From Candidatus Omnitrophota bacterium (GTDB lineage: Bacteria; Omnitrophota; Omnitrophia; Omnitrophales; Aquincolibacteriaceae): a stretch of 64,000 bases of DNA. Of the stretch, positions 1 to 9,500 are shown piece after piece. A program made the translations under genes and the position numbers. The stretch's first letter is position 1. Each line of letters starts with the position of its first letter. The DNA lies in contig JBMONI010000004.1 in the NCBI GenBank assembly GCA_049324575.1, positions 43,960 to 107,959 on the forward strand. Direction: 5' to 3'. The notes under the pieces were generated by a model. It was not told where the DNA came from. It saw nothing but the letters and a program-made list of their open reading frames with translations, and did not search any database.

Positions 1-3000
1 GCTTGATAAAAAAATACAGAGGGAACATGCTCAGACCCGTCAGCAATAAGGTTAAAAAGGGATGGGCAGCCATATTGAAGCGGTATTTGTTCCAAAGCGT
101 AAGCTCATTTCCCTCATGGAGTAATTGCCAGGCACGATCTCGGATCGAGGGCGACGGATGCGTAATCGCTTTTCGGCTCCATGACAGCCACTCACGATGC
201 CGTCGCGCGTGCTCAAGGTCCCCTGTCATCAATTGGACATAGAATGTTCCCTTTTCATCGCCCGAGCGAATCAGCTCGGCTTTAGCCAAGTTCACGATCG
301 CAGAGTTCTCATTCGCCAGAAATGCGATCAAAACCGGCTTACTACGGGGATCCCCCATCATACTCAGCGCAACAGCCGCCTGGCTTTGAAATTGCGCCAG
401 CAAATTCGGATCTCGCGCCAAGGCTCCCAGATCAAAAAACCCACCGGTTTTTTTATAGACTTTCCACAAAAAAGGCGCCATATCCGGCGTGCCCCATTTT
501 CCAAGTTCCGTTGCCGCAAAAATACGTTCGCGGGGTGTCCCCGTTTTAAATTTGTCGAGCAAAAGCTCACGCGCCTCCCGCGGATCGTTTTCAGCGATCT
601 TCGAGAAAATCTTATTCACGAGGCCGGCAAAAAATTCATCCTTTGCACCGCCCCAAGAAGGACGATCATTCCAAGCCTGGAATTCAAGATCCAAAGCTTG
701 TTTTAGAAACGGGTTGTATTCGGCGCCCGAAAAAAGATGCCTCGCTTCGACCGCTGCACCACGCACCCGCCCATCCGAGTCCTTCAGAAATTCCCGCAAA
801 CGCGTAGCGAGTTCAGGATTTTTGCGCTTCGACAGCGCGAGGATCGCAGCCGCCTTAGCCTCGATGTTGGTGGATTCCAAAAACCTGATAAAAAGGGCTT
901 CCGTGTCGGCTTCTTCGATATCAGCCAATAAACCGATCACGCGCCTCACCGCATCTTGCGGGATTTCTTTCTCAGCCAGCGCATCTTCCAAATAAGCCAT
1001 GATAGGCGCCGCAGCCGCTTCTCCTTTTGCTATCAGCGCGTTCTCCAGGATTTCGTCATCAGAACTTCGGTAATGATACTTATTGGAAAGGCATTGGCGC
1101 TGATAGATCCGCCATAACAATTCTGCGGCTTTGGGATGATCGACCTTGCTTATGAGATTCACATATTTTTTTATCTCCCAGGAATGAAATGGCTTTTTTT
1201 CCTGCAATTCAAGAAATTTTCCGTAAGCTTCCAAAAAGAGCGCCGCGGTGGCCGGATTTTGAAGTCCCGCTATCGTTTCGAAGGTCTTTTCAATATCGTT
1301 TTCCTCAGAATAGGAAAGCCCTCCTTCTTTCTTTGCCTCAAGTCGTTTCAGCACGGCGCTGAGTTGGTTCATCAAAACGGCGGTCTGATACGATTCCCCG
1401 GAATATCGGTTGGGAGTTTTTTCCCATACGCGTATCGCTAAAGCCCGGACCTCCTCATTTTCATCCTTCAAACATTGGATAAGAACCTCGAGAATCGAGG
1501 GCGGAAATTGCCCCATTGTCTCCAGGGATTCGAGCGCAAACTTCCGGTTCTGCAAACTCGAAGAGCTCGCAAGCTCGGCGATGGCAAGCGCCGCTCTTTC
1601 GTCCTGGAACTTCGACAATGCGATAGCCGCTGGCACAAAGTAGGGTTTCTCCTCATGATAAATACGGATGAGCTCGGGGATCGCGCGAGGGTCACGCATC
1701 TTTGCTAATAATTCGATGACCCTTTTTCTGGGGCGTGGATCACCCTGAAGGGAGGCGATCAATGAAGGAACGGTCGGAGCTCCCATCGAAAGCAGGGTTT
1801 CTTCAGCAAAAAGCCCGAGCTTGGGATCGTTCAGCAAACGGATGAACATCGCAACACTCTCCAACGATTTAAGTTGCCCTAAGACTTTGACAGCGAGCTC
1901 TTTGCCTTCCGCGCGGGGATGCTTCTCAGCGAGTTCGATCAGTGCGGGTACAGCCGGCTCTCCGATCTGCGAAAGGACCTGGAACAAAAGTTGATCGCAA
2001 TAAGACCGTTTTCCTGAGAGACCCAGAAAATGACGGATATGTGGGATCGCCGGCTTCCCGATCTCTCTTAAGGCATTTGCATGCCATCCGAGAAATCCGA
2101 GGTTCGAACTTTCCCGCTTCATGCCTGACGCATCTAACGTGGCTTTATCCGATCTTTCATAACGCGCCGCCATGTCGTCAAGGATATCCGGCACCGAGGC
2201 TTCTCCATGCTGCACGAGACGCGCCAAGGCTTCATTCGCGGATTTTCCATTCGAAGGCCAATTCCAAAAATCGTAGCGGGTATCCGGAAGCAATGCGAGG
2301 TCGTGGGCGATCGACTGTTTTTTCAGATCCGCTTGGTCCACCGGCTCGCCGAAGATCTTGGCCGCTTCCTCGAAACTCACCGCACGGCCCTGGACAGGTT
2401 CGGGACGAGATGCCGGCTGCTCCAGGGATGGAGGCATTGCGCCAGGCGGAGGGTTCACAACCCAAGGATATTCCCGGGCGCTTGACTCCCAAGCCGCAAA
2501 GCCCAGCACCGCGGCCAGAATCGTCCACAGCCCGACGGGTTTTCGCCAGCCTGTCCGGGCAAAGCTTTCCACAGCGGCCTGCTCGCCCGCGTTTCGGAGC
2601 TCGGAACGAGGCAAGCGTCTGTTTTTCTTACGAGTCTTGCTAACTATTTGGATTAAAGAATCAAAATCAGGAAAAAGCAATGTCACCCCTTGCCATACTT
2701 CCTTGCTCACCCAATAAGTTTCTCCAGTAGGTACATCGGTAGAACCTTGGCATTGTTTTACGTCGTCGTAAAAGCCTTCATCAATATAAACATCGTGCTT
2801 CTCAGCTTGTAACAAGGCACGCGTTAGTATCGACTTAAATTCCTTGTTGGAATTATTCGTAAAAATTGCCGGCAATAATATTTCCCTTATAAACCGTCGA
2901 TGCACTCGATGTTCTTCGGCAAGATCAGGCCAACGAATCCCCTTTGTTTCCGCCGTCCATGTTCTCTCTCCCACCTCTAATTTTTTTAACAGCGATTGAA

Positions 3001-6000
3001 TTTGCATTTCTTTGGCACGCCTGCTCAATATCGGGGGAACTCCGACTTCCAGAATGTCACAGCACGGGATCCCCGATCTAACTAATCGCATCCCCATTCC
3101 GATCGCAAACTCGAATTCCCTTAGACTTCTCGCACTCATATGCAAAATGGGAATAGCCTTTTCAGTCGCATAATCAACCGGCATATGCTTCTTTTTTAAT
3201 TCAACAAACAGCTTTTCTACCATCTCGATTTTCTTTTTTGCGTAAGCATCCCCGCACATTGCCATCGCCCGAAGCGCTCCTACATGAAAAGCAAGGAGCG
3301 ACTCCCTTTTTAGAATCTCCTTCGCAATAGCAGAAAGCTTGTTTCGCATAACAGCCCGATCGCTCTCCATGGCATCTAGAAAAACCATCAAATCCATAAT
3401 TTGATCTATGTGTCTCAAAAAATCTTGATTCTTTATGTTAATCACTTTTCCATGGAGCAGTTTTACAATCGCACGCTGTTTCACCAAGCGAATCATGTTG
3501 GGCGGAGCCCCAAATCGCCTTAAGGATTCCATGTTCTTTTCCGTGTTCAAAACTTCATTGCCAGCGAAAAGCCATCGATCTGTCAGCATCAATTTTAATG
3601 AATCCTTGCGGTTAAGTTTTTTCAAAGTTAGCAAATCCCGCGCTTCCAGTGCTGCTAGCAACCGAAAATCCTTTCCAACACACCACCGCCCAAGCTGCAA
3701 ACATGCGGAAATATAAATTTTTATCCATTTGATTACTTCTATCATCTTTAAAACAGCCCCAGCAATTAAACCAAATAATATAATTCCGCCAAGAAATATC
3801 AGTAATCCGCTCCCCAAAAGAACTCCGACCATGGAAATGGGGGCCTTTTTAAACCGAAGCTTCATTCTTTCTTTAAAAGGCAAGCTTGGCATAATGGCAT
3901 CCGCAGCGGCCGCTTGGATAACTCCTAAGTAGGGCGCCTTTGAGAACTTCGTTAGTTCCGAAAAGTTTTCAGGCGAGCGCATAGCCTTTGAAGAATTTAT
4001 GATAGCTGCTTTAACTCCGTTCGCCACGAAATCATCGTTTTCGATGATCCCAAAGAGTGTCACAATTACATCCGGATCGTCGAAATTTCCCAGTGCTTTA
4101 GCCGCCGCGGAAGCAACTCTGCTATCCTGATCGCGCAGTGCTTGTACGAGATCAGGAACCGCAGAGGGCTCATGAATACGCTCTAGCTCAAATACGGGAC
4201 TGTCAGTGAAAAATCTATGTCGATAAAATGGCTCTGCGTGAATCTGTTCTATCAAATTAGAGATTTGCGTGCTAGAAGCACGAATAGCTTCAGAAGAAGA
4301 ATTTGATGGATCATCATGGGCATTGAGACTTACCAGTGATATAACAAGACCCACTATTCCGATCATTGCAGCCCGAATTATCCTGTCAAAAACCCCACGG
4401 GCTCGCCTCGGGAAATTTTTTAATACCGTTGTCGAAGATTGCTTAAAATCAGATCGATCTCTCATTTCGGCACGCGATGAAAAAGCTTTATTGCCCAGTT
4501 TCTGCGGCAATACCAACGACCCTCTTCCTGAAATCCAATCAACTTCGCTAAGAGAATAATCCTTAAAACCACCTAGTCCTTGATCGAGATGGCGGGCGAG
4601 GATGGGATAGTCGGTGGACGCCCCCAAAGATTCGGTCAGCCCGGCGATCGCACGCAGGTGGCGCTGAACCGGGCCGTCCCCCACCCGGGTCGCCATGAAA
4701 AAGTCGGACGGCTGGCGGGTGGCCCGCGCCGGAAGGAAAGGCGTCTCGAAGCGGTACACTCCGCGCGTCATGATCTCGCGGTAATAAGCCTGGTGGACTT
4801 TGTCCGGCCCCGCGATACGCGGGGAGATCACGGCGTAGGAGATCTTTTCTTTCCTGAGAAGCGCTTTGATACGGCTCGCGTGGAATCCGCCGAACACCAG
4901 AATAGCGGAACTCTCGGCGGGATCTTTCAGGAATTCCCGGATCGGCCCTCCAAGCGCCTCGTCGCGCGCTTCGGCCGTTTCGTAGAACCGGGAGGCCGGT
5001 CCGATATTCCGCTCCCAGGCCCGCGAAAGCACGACCGTGCGCCCGGTCAGCGAAACAATGAAGTCAGCGATCGCCCGGGTATCGATCGCCTCGAGCGCTT
5101 TCCGGACGGCGCCGTACTCCTCTTGCGTGAGCTTGACATCGTTCAATTTGCCGATCAGGGATAATTCCCGGTGATAGCGAAAGATCGTCCGGTCGCGCTC
5201 ATTCCCGAGAAATCGGTGGGCGATTGCTCCCTCCATCTCGGCGGTCTCCCGGAAGATCATCGCCGAATCCAGCGCGTTCAATCGATCGGCTTGTTTGGGT
5301 TCGCGGGAATCAGCGATCGCAAGCAAAAGCGACACGGCCGGATATTGATCCGAGAACGGCTTGGCCTCAGCCTCGGGGTCTTCGCCCCGCATTAAAACGT
5401 TTTCAAGACCCCGAAGATAGGAAAGCAGAGGGATCTTCCCCTCTTCATACCGCTCTTTCATCCCGATCCACGCCTTCAGGTCTTTCGAAAAGAAGCGGTG
5501 AACAAGTCCCCGTATCTCGGTCATCAGGTCCCCGAGATCCGCCTCGATCTCCTTTTTAAAACGAGCGGAATCCCGGTAGCGCTCGATGTTCTCGCCGTAG
5601 AGCTTGAGATCGTCGACCCCGATCAGGCGCCAATGGCTGGCGCCCAAATCCGAATCGCTAAATTCTAATTCCGAAACAAATGCTGAATTCGCATGTTCTG
5701 GATCCAAAGCATGCATTGTTCCGTTTTTCGGATTTTCTTTTTTCGAAATTGTTTCGAATTTCGGGTTTCGGATTTCGTGCTTGTTCCGATTGATGTGCGC
5801 GTACTCGGCGCCGCCGATCCGGAGTTTGTCGAGAAGATAATAGGAAACCCGCTCGCGCAGGACCGGATCCTTGATGAATCCGAAAAATTTCTCGGTGGGC
5901 ACCGGGCCCTGATACCCTTCCTCAAAGACCGTGCGGATGCCTTTCTCGCGCACTAAATGGTCGATCAGGCCTGCGATATGCTCCTGGGCTTCCAGCGAAT

Positions 6001-6271
6001 CATGGGCGTCCTGGATGAAATAGACCGTCTTGCCGGAGGTCCCCTCGGCATATTCGTCGAGCGTCCCCAAAGCTTCCGGAAGAAGGCGGTTTTCAGAGGC
6101 CGGAGGCTGCGCGGAGGTCCGCGAACCCGACAGCGCCTGGGATGCGTAACCGGAGGGATCGAGCGCCGTAAAGGTCAATAGGACGAAAGCCGCGATCGTC
6201 TTTTGGAACGGAAAGCGGACCGAAGGACGGAACCCTCGAACGACCTTTGCTCGGTGAATTCCAGGGGTCAT
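1..6271 (-). CDS. Giant modular protein, 5' part only (>2,090 aa, runs off window): IQDAH/GGFH N-terminal domain followed by TM and HEAT-repeat modules
   Basis: ATG at 6271 with GAGGGG RBS. My translation gives MTPGIHRAK...YFIQDAHDSLEAQEHIA...FEEGY...LIGVDD...ARDEAL...VFGGFH, homologous to the N-terminus of the 9,994-aa protein. Later HEAT-like repeats include SAVPDLVQALRDQDSRVASAAAKALG and IGEPAVPALIEL. The frame was open in all segments I checked; its absence from the ORF track is consistent with no stop inside the window. Confidence 0.9.
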   Translation of the reverse strand, partial: MTPGIHRAKVVRGFRPSVRFPFQKTIAAFVLLTFTALDPSGYASQALSGSRTSAQPPASENRLLPEALGTLDEYAEGTSGKTVYFIQDAHDSLEAQEHIAGLIDHLVREKGIRTVFEEGYQGPVPTEKFFGFIKDPVLRERVSYYLLDKLRIGGAEYAHINRNKHEIRNPKFETISKKENPKNGTMHALDPEHANSAFVSELEFSDSDLGASHWRLIGVDDLKLYGENIERYRDSARFKKEIEADLGDLMTEIRGLVHRFFSKDLKAWIGMKERYEEGKIPLLSYLRGLENVLMRGEDPEAEAKPFSDQYPAVSLLLAIADSREPKQADRLNALDSAMIFRETAEMEGAIAHRFLGNERDRTIFRYHRELSLIGKLNDVKLTQEEYGAVRKALEAIDTRAIADFIVSLTGRTVVLSRAWERNIGPASRFYETAEARDEALGGPIREFLKDPAESSAILVFGGFHASRIKALLRKEKISYAVISPRIAGPDKVHQAYYREIMTRGVYRFETPFLPARATRQPSDFFMATRVGDGPVQRHLRAIAGLTESLGASTDYPILARHLDQGLGGFKDYSLSEVDWISGRGSLVLPQKLGNKAFSSRAEMRDRSDFKQSSTTVLKNFPRRARGVFDRIIRAAMIGIVGLVISLVSLNAHDDPSNSSSEAIRASSTQISNLIEQIHAEPFYRHRFFTDSPVFELERIHEPSAVPDLVQALRDQDSRVASAAAKALGNFDDPDVIVTLFGIIENDDFVANGVKAAIINSSKAMRSPENFSELTKFSKAPYLGVIQAAAADAIMPSLPFKERMKLRFKKAPISMVGVLLGSGLLIFLGGIILFGLIAGAVLKMIEVIKWIKIYISACLQLGRWCVGKDFRLLAALEARDLLTLKKLNRKDSLKLMLTDRWLFAGNEVLNTEKNMESLRRFGAPPNMIRLVKQRAIVKLLHGKVINIKNQDFLRHIDQIMDLMVFLDAMESDRAVMRNKLSAIAKEILKRESLLAFHVGALRAMAMCGDAYAKKKIEMVEKLFVELKKKHMPVDYATEKAIPILHMSARSLREFEFAIGMGMRLVRSGIPCCDILEVGVPPILSRRAKEMQIQSLLKKLEVGERTWTAETKGIRWPDLAEEHRVHRRFIREILLPAIFTNNSNKEFKSILTRALLQAEKHDVYIDEGFYDDVKQCQGSTDVPTGETYWVSKEVWQGVTLLFPDFDSLIQIVSKTRKKNRRLPRSELRNAGEQAAVESFARTGWRKPVGLWTILAAVLGFAAWESSAREYPWVVNPPPGAMPPSLEQPASRPEPVQGRAVSFEEAAKIFGEPVDQADLKKQSIAHDLALLPDTRYDFWNWPSNGKSANEALARLVQHGEASVPDILDDMAARYERSDKATLDASGMKRESSNLGFLGWHANALREIGKPAIPHIRHFLGLSGKRSYCDQLLFQVLSQIGEPAVPALIELAEKHPRAEGKELAVKVLGQLKSLESVAMFIRLLNDPKLGLFAEETLLSMGAPTVPSLIASLQGDPRPRKRVIELLAKMRDPRAIPELIRIYHEEKPYFVPAAIALSKFQDERAALAIAELASSSSLQNRKFALESLETMGQFPPSILEVLIQCLKDENEEVRALAIRVWEKTPNRYSGESYQTAVLMNQLSAVLKRLEAKKEGGLSYSEENDIEKTFETIAGLQNPATAALFLEAYGKFLELQEKKPFHSWEIKKYVNLISKVDHPKAAELLWRIYQRQCLSNKYHYRSSDDEILENALIAKGEAAAAPIMAYLEDALAEKEIPQDAVRRVIGLLADIEEADTEALFIRFLESTNIEAKAAAILALSKRKNPELATRLREFLKDSDGRVRGAAVEARHLFSGAEYNPFLKQALDLEFQAWNDRPSWGGAKDEFFAGLVNKIFSKIAENDPREARELLLDKFKTGTPRERIFAATELGKWGTPDMAPFLWKVYKKTGGFFDLGALARDPNLLAQFQSQAAVALSMMGDPRSKPVLIAFLANENSAIVNLAKAELIRSGDEKGTFYVQLMTGDLEHARRHREWLSWSRKAITHPSPSIRDRAWQLLHEGNELTLWNKYRFNMAAHPFLTLLLTGLSMFPLYFFIK
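5646..5782. repeat. AT-rich palindromic element with heptamer-periodic inverted arms, inserted in frame in the CDS
   Basis: Left arm is aaatccg-aatcgct-aaattct-aattccg-aaacaaa. Reverse complement of the right arm is aagcacg-aaatccg-aaacccg-aaattcg-aaacaat. An inner near-palindrome gcatgttctggatccaaagcatgc lies between them. Confidence 0.75.
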
Positions 6272-6434
6272 ATTCCCCTCTTTTCGTGTTCTTTGTGAAA
6301 AACAGAATCCACCGAAAAGTTACCCGTTTTTTTAGTGATTACAAGAAGCGGACACAAAAAAACCATGATTTTTCAGAAATTTTTTGAGTAGTCGTTAAAA
6401 AGGTTTGAAAAACTTTTTCGTCAAAAACAAAACT

Positions 6435-6487
6435 GCGGCCATGCAGTCCGCCTACTTCTGTAGGGCAGGTTTAAACCTGCCCTACAG
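6435..6487. repeat. GTAG-family REP-like palindromes
   Basis: Perfect 30-bp palindrome ctgtagggcaggtttaaacctgccctacag (6458-6487), next to an inverted gtaggcggactgcatggccgc (6435-6455). Just downstream of the giant gene stop, so it may also act as a terminator or mRNA stabiliser. Confidence 0.7.
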
Positions 6488-6514
6488 GTTTTGAGGAACC
6501 GACTCGAATCCCGA

Positions 6515-9500
6515 TTACGCGGACTGCGCGACGATTTGGGCCATTTCGAACTTCTGCGCGATCATTTGTTCCACGGTCAACTGGATCACATTTGCACCGC
6601 CCAGGCTTAGATCCTCGTCGGTCACCACGATGATCTCGCCTTCGATCGGCACCGCCGCCGTCAAGAGAAGTCCGGTATTCTTTTCCACAGTCGCTTTCAT
6701 CGCATAGACACGCCGTTCGGTCACCGCACCCTGTTCAGCAAGAGCCTCAGCCAGAATCGCTTCGACCGGCTGTGCGATATTGACAAAGGCAACACGCGCA
6801 TCGCGGATCTCGCCCTGCAGCATAAGCAGTTTGTCACTGGTCGCGCGAACGATCAGACGGTCTTTCTCGCCAAGGCTCGCAAGCCGGTCATTTAGTTCCG
6901 TGCGCTGATCCACACTCCAACCTGTCTGCCAATCAATGACAGTGACACCGCCCTGAGCAACGCCACTCGCAACCACCGCCTGCCGCAACGCTTCATTGGC
7001 CGCATTGGCCTGAGCAAGCATCTGGACCACGCGCATCTCAGTCGTACTTGTAAGGGCATCCCCAAGCCCCGCAGGCATCTCTTCCCGAAGTTCCGCACGC
7101 GGGCCCGGTTTCTTCTTTCCTTTCGGCTGTTGAGCCGGCACTGAAGCCTTTTTCGCCTCCGTCGTTGAGGGCCGCTGCCCCGTAGCAGGCGCCACCGAAC
7201 TCTGGGGTTGGGCTGGCAACTGTCCTTGTAGCGCCTCCGAAGATTTCGGGGATCCAGTTGCCGTGGCTGGCGGTATTTGCGACTTTTTATCTTCTTTATC
7301 TTCTTTATCTTCTTTCGGGAAATCCCTCTTGTCTTTTTGATACGTCAAGTAAAACGCCACCAGATTCCCCGTCTGGGCAAGCACAAGGAAGATCAACGCA
7401 ACCAACGGGATCCAATGATGCGCAGAAACAACATAAAGTATCCCCGCGGCGAAGATTGGCAACCCAAAGGCGACCCCAGACGCCGCGACACCCAGCCCGA
7501 TCCCTAAGGCCTTAAGCGCTTTTTGCCAGAAGCTGATCCTGGCCAAAACACCTTTTAATTGTTCCCGATCATTCACATATTCGAACAGATTAGGCTCGAA
7601 ATGATCCATAAATTCGGACGTTTTATTTTTTGAACTGAAGGAATCGCGGATCTCAAAAAATATTTCCAGGAATTTGGTCGTCGCATGCAACACACGCCCC
7701 GCCATGCTGGTCAGGATCAGGCCGGAAACGAATAACGCAAAAATATTTCCGAAGCTTCGTCCGACCTCTCCGGCAATGCCGGGAAGGGCCCATTGCTGCA
7801 TGATCCCCAGCGCATAGACAGACCCCGAGATCAACGCCGCCCCGATCAGGAAAAAGCCGATCGCGCTTCCCAAATGCAGCCACCCGGTCTGGATCCGATG
7901 CAAGGATACCCTTGCAATATCGATCTCCTTCGGCTTTTTCGGCTTAATGATCTGCTCCTGCCGGTATTGGCTGAAATCATGTTTGACGCTCTCCCAATAA
8001 GACACCCAAAAACTCGCTTTCCTGGTGATCGGACCAATCCGGAAATTGCGGAACTTATTCCACCACTTTACGGCAGGGGCTCCAAGATTTTGCCAAAAAT
8101 GCGGATAACGCGGCTCCTGGATGGAGCTCGCCTTACGTTCGAAGGAGGTCCATAAATACATGAAACCGGTCAAGAGCGCTGTCCCTACCGCCGTGATCAA
8201 TAGAATACCGCCCAAAGTCGCCACGATCGCCATGCCCGCAGAGAGACCGAAGATCGAATGGAAAAGCACGAAAATCACAGGCGCCGAAAGGATGGCGGAG
8301 CCTCCCACCAGAATCGCCAAGGCGGTTGCGAAATTTTTGATGCTGAATGGACGGACCGGAGATCCTTGAAGCTTTCGCATAAGCTCGAAATACGGAAGAC
8401 TGGCTTTGTCGATCGCCTTCCTCTCCCCCGTTCCCAGCGCCGTTTCATAGGCCGCTACCATTCCCTTCATCGCCGTCACACGCGCTTCGACCATGGCCGC
8501 TTCGGAGGCTTCTCTTTCCGGCAATTCTTTCTTGGCCAGGGCCGCCATTGCCTCGAGGGTCTTGGCCTTGGAGAGGTCGATCCTCGAATGGATGTCCCAA
8601 TCCCGCGGTTTCGCCGAAAACCACATCATCATAGGTCCAAAACTCCAACTCCCGATCAAAAGGATCATCCAGTTGATCACCTCCACCTGCGGCGACAAGA
8701 GCAGGATCGAAAGGATCGTGCCAAGCGCCATCCAGTACGAAGGGGTCATTAGATGGAAAGACGCTTTCAAGGTCAGGAACGAGGTATTTCCGCCCACCGC
8801 GGTCATGATCCCCCAGGGAGACGGCTCCGGACGGATCTTGACGAAAGAGGCAACGCTTTTGATCAGCATAGAGCCAAAGGTAAATCCGGCCCAGAGCATG
8901 AATAGCCATTGGGACACGACGGGATGACTTGTGAGAAACGCTGTTAAAGGGGCCCATCCTAATTGCTGAAGCCCAGGCAGTATCACCGCCCACAAATGCG
9001 CCAAAGCGGGAGTGAAGAGGATAAGACCCAAAGCCGCGAGATAAGCCGTAATCGCCACGGTCAAAGCCAACCAACCGACCGCAACAAAGCGATTCGACAG
9101 CCGATGCAACGTCATTATCGCTAAAACGACCGCAATGCCTATGGAAATCATGAAAATATAGGGCGCATAGGCTCCGCTGATCCAAAGGACCGAAACAAGG
9201 ATGGGCGCAACCGCAATAACAACTCCGAGCAACCCTTTCCCGATCTGGCCTTTGTCGGCGAGCGTATCGCGAATCGTGGTTTTCCAAGAGGGTTTCGTCG
9301 CATCGAGTGGATGAATACCTTCCGCCCAGTTATGCAGAAAGTTATTCACCGCCAATTTGGCCTCGATCACGAAGTTGTTCAAATACAACTGGTCCATGAA
9401 AAACTGCGCGATCTTGTCCCGCAGCGAAATGGACGGAATGGTCCCCGAGAACGCCCGGTAAATAAAGAAGATCACGAATGAGAACACCGCCACCACGGCT

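Noticed and set aside
5665-5925. 86-aa minus-strand ORF
   Set aside because: Alternative-frame reading of the palindromic insert inside the left giant gene.
1-6271. Apparent 6-kb gene desert, pseudogene or alternative genetic code
   Set aside because: A minus-strand frame from ATG 6271 translates sensibly under the standard code. It is missing from the track only because it has no stop within the window.
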